In this document: in pieces, positions 10,466-21,899 of the stretch
Numbering within the stretch: position 1 is the stretch's first letter
Layout: each line of letters opens with the position of its first letter
Source of the DNA: Trypanosoma brucei
Taxonomy: Eukaryota
NCBI GenBank assembly: GCA_000002445.1
Contig: CH464491.1
Coordinates: 512,001-576,000 of the forward strand
DNA: 64,000 nucleotides
Reading direction: 5' to 3'
Notes under the pieces: model-generated
The model's database searches: none
Told to the model about the DNA's origin: nothing
What the model saw: the letters and a program-made list of their open reading frames with translations, nothing else
Program-made: the position numbers and the translations under genes

Positions 10466-12031
10466 CAGCAAGGGCAGCGCACGAAAAATAGGAAAGAGTA
10501 AAACTCGCCTGAGTGGGAAACTACTGATCAAGTGAATGAAAGCAAGCAAAAAATATATAGGGAAGCGAGTGAGTAAATGAGTGGGTTCTCGAACAGCTGT
10601 TAACACTGCACATCATGAGAAACGGAGTGACTTGAAAGCACAAGATGGACCCCTTCCCCTGCAATGCACAGTTAATTGCGGTGCTCAATTGACCGTTCAC
10701 GTTAACAAACATTCGAGCAAACATCAGTGCCCTTGACGAAGCACAAGTGGTCGTTGGCTGCATTTATTTTGGATCCTACTTATCCGCGTCACTCGCTACC
10801 CCTCTCCTAACCCCTGCTGCTCATCGCAACAAGAAAATCCGTCTTTCAATTGTTCGACGGCCTCCACCAAATTAAACATATTTCTTTCCATTTATTATGC
10901 GGGTGTGGAAGAAAAAGCGCACGGAGCACAACCGTAGCAATCTCTCATACATGTTTCACCTCACCAGTAATGAGAGATGTGGACAACTCCACAATCCACC
11001 AACCGTTTGTTTTCTTTTCTTTTTTGCCTCCCGATAACTTTTGACGGCACCAAACGTAAATGCTACGCGCAAAAGAGGTGTTGAGAACATATGTGACTGT
11101 ATATGTGCGTGCAAGGGTCCTGGCATACTGCCACCTTTACACTCTACCTTTTCTCTTCCGTACCCCATTAAATTGTTCGCTGAATTACCAATAATATTTA
11201 AAAAATAAACGCCAAACCCGAACAACAAAAACAAAAAATACGCATAAACATAAATAAATATATACAAACATGTGCGATATTGCATAATGGTTTACGAAGA
11301 ATATCCCTAATGTTGGATACACTCGCGCCGACTTATCTCCTCAATACACTCCCACACCCCCTCCCTTTCCCACGCGTTCATGCGCATGTGGGAAAACGGA
11401 AAAAAAAACGATCGGAAAATTGTGTCAGGAAAGAGAGATCAGAAAAATATAACGCCAACAAAAACACTAACAAGATCAGAATGCAACAAATACAGGAGAC
11501 AAGTGCCGTTCAAAAGAAAAAAATTAAGATAACGTTCGACCGAGCGGTACTGATTCACCCGGTAGAGAAGTGGGGAGGAAGACCCAACGCTTATTCACGA
11601 GATAAATAGGGGGACGGCCTCCTCCTCCGCTAGATCAGTTAAATGAAGGGACCACAACAAAAATACTAAAAAGAGTAAGAGGGATGAGAAAGAACTAAAT
11701 GATTGTCAAACGATACACAACCCGTCCCATTAAGGCGCGTCACAACGAAAGCGAAAGGAACAAGAAGAGGGCCAATTTACATACTGTCACATGTATAAAC
11801 GACACTGAGGGGAAAAGAAAAAAAGGTACAATTTTTGTAATGTTTCTCTTTTCACTCATTTCCCTCCATTCCCCACTCCTCATTGTCATCTATCCCACAA
11901 TATTGTGTGCATTATAAATCTGATGTAAGGAGAATAAACGATTCAGTCTAGTGGAAAGACAAAACAGAAATAGATAAGTAAATGAAGAACTCAATTAATT
12001 GACGAAAAGGGAAGCGAGGCGCCCTGTGACT

Positions 12032-13744
12032 CTACGAAGCTTTCGCATCCCTAGTGAACATCGGTATCTCACCCCATACGCAAGCACCACGGAGCATAAT
12101 ATATATACCGAGGCCAAACACAATTGCACCAATGAAAAAACCTGCACCCAACACCATCGTTCCTGCCGTGATGTCCCCGCATGCTTCTAGAGACTCTACA
12201 ATCTTGTCGATTACGAAGTTGCACTCAAGTAGCGGCCTGGCATACGACCACGCGATGGTTACGTTCTGCACTCTCTCAATCTGACTTGTTGCGCGAACCG
12301 CAAGCTCCTGTAATTGATCGTTTTCACAACGCGCGGCACACTCCGTAAGGTTGCACGCCTTTCCGGCCTCTCCACATGGGTTTAAGGAACCTTTAACTTC
12401 CGCCGTCAACACAAGTGCGGACATCGCATCAAACGTCGTACACTGCGAGGCGTCTGTAAATCCTTCTTGACAGTTTAGCACAGGGACCGCGGGAAGATCC
12501 GGAAAATTCGGCCCCTCGGAAATTCCAGGCAGACCCGAGTGGTCACGCACAGGTGTTGGATGCGGTGGACCCCCCGCCCTATCGCTTGCAGGAGGAACAT
12601 TTCCGTGTTTGTGGCTTGTGTTCTCCAAGGCCTTTTCATTTGGATATTCGCCACCGGGTGGCAGCAACCTGTTTCTCTCACCAGGGTGAGGATCAGCACG
12701 ATCCACTACGCCACCGGGGCCCCGAAGCTTACGTCTGTCACAGAACGGTAGAACTGCCTTGCAGACACCCTGAGACAGCTGCAACTCAGCGGCCATAATG
12801 CCCTTGTTTAACTGTTGGAAATTAAAAAACTCTTTACAAACAGGGACGCCATACCACTGAATCAGCCCTGGATCCCGCCCATGGTGTCGCTCCACTTCGC
12901 CGCAGGTAAGGGTGGCGAAGTACGCCAGAATCGTCAACAGAAGTCCGAGCACGGCGAAGGCAAGACCAAAAATCCAATAGACGAACGAGATACATATTGG
13001 AAACCCCGGAATGCAGCACTTGAACATGGCAAAAGGGAGAATAACAAGTACCATAACGAAACCAAGGCTTCCGACAACGTAGGACGCGATGGAGACCTTG
13101 TCAAAGTGTACAAAGACTGTTGCACGGACTGCGGACACGCCTTCCATTACCTTCTTCTGCATGCTGGAAAACTCGGAGAAGTCAATCGTAAAGTCACCTG
13201 GTTCCCTCCGCTCACCCGAGCTCCAGTCATATGTGTAATCCATTACACTTTCTGCTGTTTGATTAAAGTACGACAAGGGTCCAGAGACTGCGTCGTCGAC
13301 GAACGTTGGAACAGCCTTCGTCACCGTCCGAGTCCCGTATACGATAAGAAAAAAAACCATAACGCTCCAAAGTAGGGCATACACGATGTACAACCACAAA
13401 CAGCAACGGGCCTGATTCCTGCTCTTCTTCGTTTCCGGTTTACAGCAGTTTGCACCACAACAGCCGCAACAGTTACAGCATATGGAGCAAATGAATACAA
13501 GAGGGAAGCTTACCAACAGTACTGCAAGAAGTACAGCACTTAGAAACGGCAAAACAAAGAGCTTCCACTGAGACCGCATGCGCTCTGCATTGAGTATACA
13601 CGCCTGAACGTCATTACTGGTACTCGGGCCATCCCACACATTCTCGCATTGAAACGAACCCTCTCTAGTTGCGGATGCTGGCGTGGCGGCAAACAGTAAC
13701 ACCAACCCCACTGCCAGAGCTGCTGACCTCAGGGCATTATACAT
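12032..13744 (-). CDS. multipass transmembrane protein with N-terminal signal peptide and CC-rich (CSICCNCCGCCGANCC) juxtamembrane cluster
   Basis: 570-aa ORF with ATG at 13744. Hydrophobic N-terminus MYNALRSAALAVGLVLLFAATPASA, and at least five further long hydrophobic segments. The Cys cluster is encoded at ~13442-13489. Family not recognised. Confidence 0.55.
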   Translation of the reverse strand: MYNALRSAALAVGLVLLFAATPASATREGSFQCENVWDGPSTSNDVQACILNAERMRSQWKLFVLPFLSAVLLAVLLVSFPLVFICSICCNCCGCCGANCCKPETKKSRNQARCCLWLYIVYALLWSVMVFFLIVYGTRTVTKAVPTFVDDAVSGPLSYFNQTAESVMDYTYDWSSGERREPGDFTIDFSEFSSMQKKVMEGVSAVRATVFVHFDKVSIASYVVGSLGFVMVLVILPFAMFKCCIPGFPICISFVYWIFGLAFAVLGLLLTILAYFATLTCGEVERHHGRDPGLIQWYGVPVCKEFFNFQQLNKGIMAAELQLSQGVCKAVLPFCDRRKLRGPGGVVDRADPHPGERNRLLPPGGEYPNEKALENTSHKHGNVPPASDRAGGPPHPTPVRDHSGLPGISEGPNFPDLPAVPVLNCQEGFTDASQCTTFDAMSALVLTAEVKGSLNPCGEAGKACNLTECAARCENDQLQELAVRATSQIERVQNVTIAWSYARPLLECNFVIDKIVESLEACGDITAGTMVLGAGFFIGAIVFGLGIYIMLRGACVWGEIPMFTRDAKAS

Positions 13745-15483
13745 GGTATAGAACGCTCAGTGCCAATATCGGTCTCCGCAGTTGAAAAAAGGGGGTGTGC
13801 TGGCAGCCAAACCCGATAGAGGAATGAGAAACTAACGATTAGGTATATCGGCAGGTTGATAAACAACAAAGTGGGTGCTTACCGTCAGTGTTCTTGGGCC
13901 AAGCTACGAATGCAAAGAGAGGTTACGGCAACAAAGGGGAGAACAAGAGGAACGCCGTTGAAAACAGTGGAAAGGCAGACAAACATACCAGTGTGTAAAC
14001 GAAGACCTGCAATAAAAGAATGATCAGCTGTGCTGCCCCAAGGAAAAGAGTAATATAACTCCGATTCGTGCCCCACAGTATTACAGAGTAATAGCTTGAG
14101 AGTAATTAGTTGCCCCGGTCGGGCCTCCGTCACTGTTTTGGTACAACAAACTGACCACAAAGAAGCATGTGAAGAACACCCAGCAAATCGGTTGCCACAC
14201 CCCGTGGGCATAGCATCAGGCGATGACAGAGGCGAAGCATCGATATTAGTATTACAAACTTGCGGAAACGGCAACTGACACGAGGGTAGTAGCGTTAACT
14301 GCAGACGAACCTGTGTTTCAGCGCGAGCAGAAAAAGATAAAATTGGGTGCTATTTTAGTCCGGAAATGTGCCGGCGGTTACAAAAACGAAGTTAACGGTA
14401 ACATAACAGCGGGGATGCGAGGAACTACACACGCCTAAATCTCCGCGACCACAATCTAAGCGGCAAAGCAGAATTTAAGGAAGCCACGCCACATTCCTTC
14501 GTTTGACAACATTACATGCAGTCGGGTATCATTGTGCCTGCAGCCAATGTTCAGAGTAAAGAAGACCCCATCCCCACAGTGCCACAGCGCACCACCGCTA
14601 AGTGGAGTAATCTAAAAGAACCAAAGGCATCTAGAACTTTTCGTCGAGCCCAAGTTCTGCTGACTCGATCTTTGAAGAAGCAAGGGAGTGTAGTACCTAA
14701 ACTGTCAGCTTGTAAAAATAGGGAAGGACGTGAAACAGGAAAATAGGGGGAAAACGGCAGCTTTATATGTATATTGTCTCCGTTCCAACATTACTGGTGG
14801 GAGGGAAGTTAAAGTGGCGTGTCCATGCGGAGTGAGAGGCAAGGACAGAGACGGGTAAACATAGGAGAACAATTAAATAGAGGACTAGGAGCTGATAAGC
14901 AATTCTCATGTAATATATATAACAAAAGTCCTTGAGTACAAATTGAAAATGAATGAAAATGGGGGAAATGACGGAAAATTGTGATTCGCCTTCAGGAAAA
15001 AGGGGGTCCCGTACATGTCAAAGATTTTTGTGGTCGGTGCTCTTGGCCCCGTTTCTCTTCCCCCACCATCACTCATTCCCCTCCACACCTTTCCCTTTCC
15101 TCATCTTGGTAGGTATACAAATGAAATATTCGCATCTGTTTACTTGGTTCCTTACCTTCCCCTCCGATTCCTCAACACCTAAGATCACATTTTACCTCCG
15201 ACATCCCTTTACAGTCAGAGCAGTGCAATTCATAGGGGCTGTGGAGGAAACGAAAATTCGAACAAACGTTGCTTAATAATACATCACAAACAGACACTGT
15301 AGGGGTAGTTTTTCTCCCTCTTGACCTCCACTTCTTCTTCCACGTGATCATTTTCGTGAGTACTTCCGGAGCCGTTATCGCATTACTTTCCTGCTATTAC
15401 CTTATACAAGCGGCCACACAAAAAAAACACTTTTTGACCCATCAAAACCCTTCCCTCTGAGTCACAACATCCACGGCACGACA

Positions 15484-15533
15484 CCCCCCCCCCATGCGCA
15501 ACGAAGATTGAACCACATCAGGGGGGGGGGGGG
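15484..15533. other. inverted homopolymer pair C10 - 27 nt - G13 (potential very stable G:C hairpin / G-rich structure) in intergenic region
   Basis: acaCCCCCCCCCCatgcgcaacgaagattgaaccacatcaGGGGGGGGGGGGGtag read directly. It lies ~330 nt downstream of the stop of the coiled-coil gene 15866..17065 on the transcribed (minus) strand. Confidence 0.6.
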
Positions 15534-15865
15534 TAGATGAACCGACAAAAAGCAGGAAGGAGGGAAAATATAGTGTTGGCTTGGAAGGCAACGTACATCA
15601 AGGGTATTTCCTGCAGTCGGCTACACGAAATTTTTATAACCTTTTTCTACTTCTATCTGCAGCAACCACTCACAAAAAACCCTGCGCGGCTATTAACCAT
15701 TAATAACGCAACGTCACCCCTCTTCATTTTTGTATTTGGTGTCAGCACCTCAAAAAAAAAAGTCACGATGGCATCTACACTTTCTCTCCCTTCCGGACAA
15801 CCAGCGCCCAACCGAGAAAAAAAAGTATACTAAGTGAGATGGATTGCAGATACCCTTTCCCATCC

Positions 15866-17065
15866 CTACTGGCTTAGCTTTGAGCGGCCGTTGCGGGCGC
15901 TCATCTGGCGGAGTGCCTCTACTTCCTTCTCAATCTGCTTAATCTCCTGCTCTGTGGCCTCCTGCTCCACCTCCAGTTCCTTCCTCTGTGCGTTGGTATA
16001 CTTCTTGTGCTCCTTTCCGATCCGCTTCATCTCCTTCCGCACGTTCGCTGTCGTCCGGATGAGACCAGCAGCCCGTCTGTCCAGGTCGGAGATGTCCGAA
16101 TCGAGTAACTCCAAATGCGCGGAGCCATCAAAGTGGAGGCGTGAGAGAGAAATGATCTCTTTGCGCAACTGCTCGACAAGGTCTGCATCGACACGCTCCT
16201 CTTCCAGGCTCTCATCGCCCCCAACTGCATCACCTATCATCTCAATACGTCGTTCCAGTCTGGCGATCTGCGCTGCTCGGTGGCAAACAGACAAATCATT
16301 GACACGAACAGCCTCACGTTCCTTGTCAAGCTTGTAGAGTGCCACCGTACGGTCCGTCTCGGCGCTCTTGATGAGGGCCAACTCATCAACAGGTTTCTCC
16401 TTCTCCAGCAAGGCCTCCTTCCGACGCAGGAGGCGCCGCATCGCCGCCACCTCATCACGGATACTCTTCAATTCTGCCTGCTTCTCAGAAAGCTGGTTAA
16501 GTGCATTAGCGCGATCACTCTCTATGTTATCGGTTGTCGACAATTCGCTTACCATACTCGAGAGATAGTTGTTCTGCTTCTTGAGGGTCTCCTGAATAAC
16601 TTCGCGGTCCTGTAGTGCGTTCACGATATCGAGCCTCAGTTTGTTCTTCAGGGCAACCGCATCCGTCATCTCCCTTATGGTTGCCATAGTCTCGCCGCCA
16701 GTTAGCCCAATGATCCTTTTGAACTCGTTGTTCTCCTCTTCCGCTTGGGTCGTACGCACAGTGGCATCTTGAAGGGCGGCCTCGAGGTGACTCCGTTCGC
16801 GTAGGAGGCGCTCGCGCTCCTTCACCAACAAGTGAAGTTCCCCCGCTTTGTTATTCACTTCACCGACAGCCTCGATAGGGATGAAAATCGTGCGTCCCTT
16901 AAAATTCTTCGACAAAATCTTTCCCTGCTCGGATGAAAGAGTTAAAGACGAAAGCTCCTCGTTCTGATAGCGCCTGGCCCTCTCGAGGATTGCAACTTCA
17001 GAGCGCAACCTCCGGCATTCCTCTTCCACATTGACAAACGCTCTTGCTAACTCTGCTGTTTCCAT
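15866..17065 (-). CDS. coiled-coil protein (hypothetical)
   Basis: 399-aa ORF with ATG at 17065. Heptad-like E/R/L/K-rich sequence throughout and no enzymatic motifs. Confidence 0.55.
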   Translation of the reverse strand: METAELARAFVNVEEECRRLRSEVAILERARRYQNEELSSLTLSSEQGKILSKNFKGRTIFIPIEAVGEVNNKAGELHLLVKERERLLRERSHLEAALQDATVRTTQAEEENNEFKRIIGLTGGETMATIREMTDAVALKNKLRLDIVNALQDREVIQETLKKQNNYLSSMVSELSTTDNIESDRANALNQLSEKQAELKSIRDEVAAMRRLLRRKEALLEKEKPVDELALIKSAETDRTVALYKLDKEREAVRVNDLSVCHRAAQIARLERRIEMIGDAVGGDESLEEERVDADLVEQLRKEIISLSRLHFDGSAHLELLDSDISDLDRRAAGLIRTTANVRKEMKRIGKEHKKYTNAQRKELEVEQEATEQEIKQIEKEVEALRQMSARNGRSKLSQ

Positions 17066-17688
17066 CTCCTTTTGTTAACCTTAGCCTTATTGTTACTTTC
17101 CCTAAGCACTTTAATTACAGTTTCTTTCCCTTTATAATCTTGTCCCTTCGCAGTTTTTTTTCTTTTTTGTTCCTCTTCTGTTAGACTCCGTGAACCGTTT
17201 GTGTTGTGTAAAATTGTACGTATAATATTTTATTCCCTATTTTTCCACCAAGCATTTGTCAAGAAAGAAAAATATAAACATACGTGTGTGCAACTTTTCA
17301 TTGTGTCCGAGTTCAATTTTCTTCGGATAGCAACCAGGAAAATGGGAATGGCAGTAGATATCGCCTTAAAACGTGCTAATTACTACCTTCTCCATTTGAA
17401 CCATAGCTGAAGCGCGCAGCGGCGCATGCAATGTTCGAATGCAGTGAAAAAACACCTGTAACGCTTCTGCAGACACAATGGTGAGAAGAATACTGCCAAA
17501 CAACAAAAAGGAGCTTCCCTCAACTTATCAACAGCCATGCCAAGACACACATGGCTGTACATCCTTACGCCCATAAGGGCAAAGCAACTCGATCGCATCA
17601 AAGGAAAACAAGCGAGGGAAGTCAAAAATGGTAACTAATTCAATACGGGGTTTACGCAGACACACATGTACTCACTAACTAGCCCGTG

Positions 17689-19176
17689 CTAGCCTGATTT
17701 AGGTGGATCCTCACACGATGGCGGAGGTTGCTTATCTGTCGCTCTCTCTCCCGATTCCTCAGGCTTGACCACCCCAGTGACATGCTGCCTAAAAACCTCC
17801 CTGGCTGCGCGCACTCCCCGCTTAAGGGATTCCCGCGCGTCGTCGTCATCGTGCAACTTGTGGATATCAACACAGACCCGTTCGGTACCCTCCCCCTTGT
17901 CAGAAAATCTCTTGGGTGGGGGTTTGGGGCCGTGGCCCGCTGTATGGGGAAACCTATAAATATCGTTCTCGAGTACGCCGTCCTCATGCACCTCAACACG
18001 ACTATCGTCGTTCAGTCCCTTGTTGTCACGAAGAACCGATGTGAATTGCTCATAATGACCCCGCGGATCTGTAAAACCTTTAGCGCCTTGCGCTCGAGAA
18101 AGAGAGAAGTTAAACTCTGCGGCCTCGCGCATTTGCTTTCGCGTTTGCTCTTCGTTGGCCGAAAGCCGTTCGTTGTACACAGGAACACCATGAATAGTGT
18201 CCACGGCACGCTTTATCCGTCGCGTCCGATCGAGCCACCATTGGAATTTAACCTGATTGACCCCATCTTTCCCGATGTCTGCTGCGTATATGTGACGATA
18301 TACCTGCTTTCTCGTACCATAGGGTTTCGGTTTGAGACATAGCTCTTCTGGCCTCTCAACGAGTTCCTCGTCAGTGAACACTGCTTCACCAGCCTCCAAC
18401 TGCTGCACACGACGCTCTTCCAGCAAGTCCTCCATCTCGTTGACAGTTGCTGCACGCTCCTTTCGCTTTCTCTCACGCAGGCTGGCACCCAACTCATCCA
18501 ACGTCTTTACCCCTCGTGTCCTGTTGGTGAGATACTGCTCCTCTTTCATAATCTCCTCCTCGCTATAGCCAATCTTGCGTAAAATTTCCGTTTCACGCGC
18601 CTTTTCAATCTGCTGTTTTCTTGCAGCGAGATGCGTGTTCGCATCATCAATGGACTTATGAAGTTTACCCTTGTAGTTACGATATTGTGTGCGTGGCAAC
18701 TCCACGGTGTCAAGCACGTCCTGTAGCGTGCTCTTCTCCAGCTTCGTGAACTCCACGAGTGCGTCAACGCCTTTGCTCCGCTGCTCTGGGGCCAGTACCC
18801 ACTTGAGATCCTCATCGTCAATACGACCACGCACAAGAGCATATGGTTCAAACTTATCACGCTCCCACGAGAGGGGAAGATTACCTGTGATGATGACCTG
18901 ATCAGTCCGCTGATTGTCCACCATTTCCATGTACGTGTTGAGGTACCACCGGGGAGCGGTGTGGTCGGTGAGCTCCGTGCTGCTGGCGTCCTTTGACGTC
19001 TCAACGTACATCAGAGGTTCAGTGTTGACATCATCAAGGCGTTTGTTGATACCCTTCGCCGTAAATTCCGGTTTCTGAAACTGTCGCTCAACCGGTGTGG
19101 AGTCGACACGAGGAAGCTGCTTAGCCACATACCTTACCGGGGCCTCGCGAGCGGGTTTACTCCGCGCAGCGCCCAT
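17689..19176 (-). CDS. hypothetical protein with N-terminal MGxxxS (candidate N-myristoylation) motif
   Basis: 495-aa ORF with ATG at 19176, beginning MGAARSK. Charged, non-repetitive sequence. A C13 run on the sense strand lies ~70 nt upstream of the ATG. Confidence 0.5.
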   Translation of the reverse strand: MGAARSKPAREAPVRYVAKQLPRVDSTPVERQFQKPEFTAKGINKRLDDVNTEPLMYVETSKDASSTELTDHTAPRWYLNTYMEMVDNQRTDQVIITGNLPLSWERDKFEPYALVRGRIDDEDLKWVLAPEQRSKGVDALVEFTKLEKSTLQDVLDTVELPRTQYRNYKGKLHKSIDDANTHLAARKQQIEKARETEILRKIGYSEEEIMKEEQYLTNRTRGVKTLDELGASLRERKRKERAATVNEMEDLLEERRVQQLEAGEAVFTDEELVERPEELCLKPKPYGTRKQVYRHIYAADIGKDGVNQVKFQWWLDRTRRIKRAVDTIHGVPVYNERLSANEEQTRKQMREAAEFNFSLSRAQGAKGFTDPRGHYEQFTSVLRDNKGLNDDSRVEVHEDGVLENDIYRFPHTAGHGPKPPPKRFSDKGEGTERVCVDIHKLHDDDDARESLKRGVRAAREVFRQHVTGVVKPEESGERATDKQPPPSCEDPPKSG

Positions 19177-19247
19177 TCAGCTCTTCCCCGACAGCGATAC
19201 ACGGCTGCGCGAACCTACACAAAGCCACACCACAAATTTGATGATCG

Positions 19248-19260
19248 GGGGGGGGGGGGA
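19248..19260. other. G13 homopolymer (C13 on the transcribed minus strand) ~70 nt upstream of ATG of gene 17689..19176
   Basis: gatcGGGGGGGGGGGGGaagtg read directly. On the sense strand it is an all-C pyrimidine tract in the position where a trans-splicing polypyrimidine tract is expected. Confidence 0.5.
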
Positions 19261-20602
19261 AGTGCGAGATATGCTCAAAACGAAAAACAGTTTTACAATA
19301 TGTTAATGTTTAAGTTGTTGCTAATGTCAACGATCGAAACGGCATCCACTCCACCGTGAACCCTAGGAGAGGCGGCAACTAACGGATTTTGGACGCCCAA
19401 TGTACCAAAGCTATTGCCGAAAAGATGAACCACACTTCCACATCTGGCAACTCGTCAAGAATGTTTTGGCGCCCTGAAATCCATTTACCGCTCTTCACCA
19501 CAACCGACCAAGCCGCCTCACCCCATTACCCTCAGCAGCTCGCCCGGTAACGCACAGAAAGATTAGTAATAATCGCATGCGGACATCACTCACACCAGTC
19601 AACTACGAGATTCAGAGTACCTGCAAACGCCCACTTCCCCACAGAGATACGTCCCAGATTCATGTGCATACGCGCTAACACACAAAAACCAAGACACATT
19701 AACAGTCAGCGCTTCCTACTTTTCCGAACGCAACAAAAGAACCGAAAATAATTCGAATGGTCCATGGTGCGACAACGAAAGGAAGTAACATCTAAATAAA
19801 AAACAGAAAACAGTGACAACGGACCGATGCCGCAACAAATGCAAAGACACAAAACACGATCCCTTCATAGTGCAATAATTAGTTCATGCAACACAGGACG
19901 CCCAAAAATAAAAACTACGTGCGCTCATTCATCGTATCTGCAAGTGACAATAAGTAGCAAATAAATTTTCCTAAACTACAGATCACAATCCTAAATAATT
20001 ATATCGAAAAGACACAATTAAACACTACTCCAAATTCGACCAGCACGAAGAGTCTATCGCAAATGAACTACCGCGATGATACAATCCACGAGACAGCTAT
20101 CCACCGCAGTGCAGTCACCACTCCACTAAAAACGTTACACAATAACAAAAAACACCGCGCTACTGATACCTTCCCCTGGCACAAGGGAAGTGAAAGATGT
20201 CAGGCATCGAAGCACAACCTCATAACACAACACTTATTCCTATCCCTTGACAAGAAAAAAAAAAGAAAATGGGCATTACACAAAACTAGATCAGCAACAG
20301 AAAGAACATACAGTAATCCCATTGGACCAAAACCATACACAGGCAGTTAATATAGCCACACATCAGGATGATATGCTCTTTGCAACGCTACGACACCAAC
20401 ACCGCATGGCGGTACATAAGACGCAACCCACAAACGAAACATATCCAATAAAAACGGTAGAAGGGAACTAAACAAGTAAGATAGGAAAAATCTAACTCCG
20501 TCCTTGACGGGCGCACAAGTACCTTCTGAAACGTGTGACAGCTTTCTCCCACACTCAGGTAAACCTCATAGCGTGTCTAATAGCGGGCAGCAGCGGATGC
20601 GC

Positions 20603-20833
20603 TCACGCCTTCTTAGCGGCGGCCTTCTTGCCGGCAACCTTCTTCGGGGCAACCTTTTTGGCGACAACCTTCTTGGCTAAAGGTTTCTTGGCAACAGCCT
20701 TTTTGGGAGCAGCCTTCTTAGCGACAGCCTTCTTTGGAGCACCCTTCTTAGCGACAGCCTTCTTTGGAGCAGCCTTTTTGGGGGCTGCCTTCTTGGCCAC
20801 AGCTTTCTTGGGAGCAGCAGATGCCTTCGCCAT
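20603..20833 (-). CDS. H1: histone H1 (copy C), 76 aa
   Basis: MAKASAAPKK... Differs from copy A at a few positions (KKGAPKK, KKVVAKK). ATG at 20833 and stop tca at 20603-20605. Confidence 0.85.
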   Translation of the reverse strand: MAKASAAPKKAVAKKAAPKKAAPKKAVAKKGAPKKAVAKKAAPKKAVAKKPLAKKVVAKKVAPKKVAGKKAAAKKA

Positions 20834-21258
20834 ACTTCCGAGTGTTGATAAGATTGCGACTTCTTCCACAGGGAGAAAGAGAAAAATGAAAGCAAAATAA
20901 AATGAATGTGAAAGAACATGAGAATACAATGAGTTTGGAGGAAATAAGCGGAAAGGGAAAAGACCTACAGTAATACTATTGGACCACAACCATACACAGG
21001 CAGTTAGTATAGCCACACATCAGGATGATATGCTCTTTGCAACGCTACGACACCAACACCGCATGGCGGTACATAAGACGCAACCCACAAACGAAACATA
21101 TCCAATAAAAAAATGAAAAAGAAATAAAAAAGTAAGATAGGAAAAATCTAACTCCGTCCTGGAGAGACGCACGAGGACGTCCTGAAACGTGTGACAGCTT
21201 TCTCCCACACTCAGGTAAACCTCATAGCGTGTCTAATAGCGGGCAGCAGCGGATGCGC

Positions 21259-21474
21259 TCACGCCTTCTTAGCGGCGGCCTTCTTGCCGGCAACCTTCTT
21301 CGGGGCAACCTTTTTGGGAGCGGCCTTCTTGGCGACAGCTTTCTTGGGAGCAGCCTTCTTAGCGACAGCCTTCTTTGGAGCACCCTTCTTAGCGACAGCC
21401 TTCTTTGGAGCAGCCTTTTTGGGGGCTGCCTTCTTGGCCACAGCTTTCTTGGGAGCAGCAGATGCCTTCGCCAT
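21259..21474 (-). CDS. H1: histone H1 (copy D), 71 aa (one pentapeptide repeat fewer)
   Basis: MAKASAAPKK...[23 protein letters not shown]. It lacks the KKPLA repeat unit, so this unit has a 639-bp period against 655 bp for copy C. ATG at 21474. Confidence 0.85.
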   Translation of the reverse strand: MAKASAAPKKAVAKKAAPKKAAPKKAVAKKGAPKKAVAKKAAPKKAVAKKAAPKKVAPKKVAGKKAAAKKA

Positions 21475-21899
21475 ACTTCCGAGTGTTGATAAGATTGCGA
21501 CTTCTTCCACAGGGAGAAAGAGAAAAATGAAAGCAAAATAAAATGAATGTGAAAGAACATGAGAATACAATGAGTTTAGAGTAAATAAGCGGAAAGGAAA
21601 AAGACCTACAGTAATACTATTGGACCAAAACCATACACAGGCAGTTAAAATAGCCACACATCAGGATGATATGCTCTTTGCAACGCTACGACACCAACAC
21701 CGCATGGCGGTACATAAGACGCAACCCACAAATGAAAATATCCAATAAAAACGGTAGAAGGGAACTAAATAAGTAAGATAGGAAAAATCTAACTCCGTCC
21801 TGGAGGGACGCACGAGGACGTCCTGAAACGTGTGACAGCTTTCTCCCACACTCAGGTAAACCTCATAGCGTGTCTAATAGCGGGCAGCAGCGGATGCGC

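Noticed and set aside
13885-14274. 129-aa minus-strand ORF just upstream of the membrane-protein gene
   Set aside because: Its stop would lie only ~140 nt from the next ATG, overlapping the polypyrimidine/SL-acceptor region of that gene. It has no domain and weak coding character.
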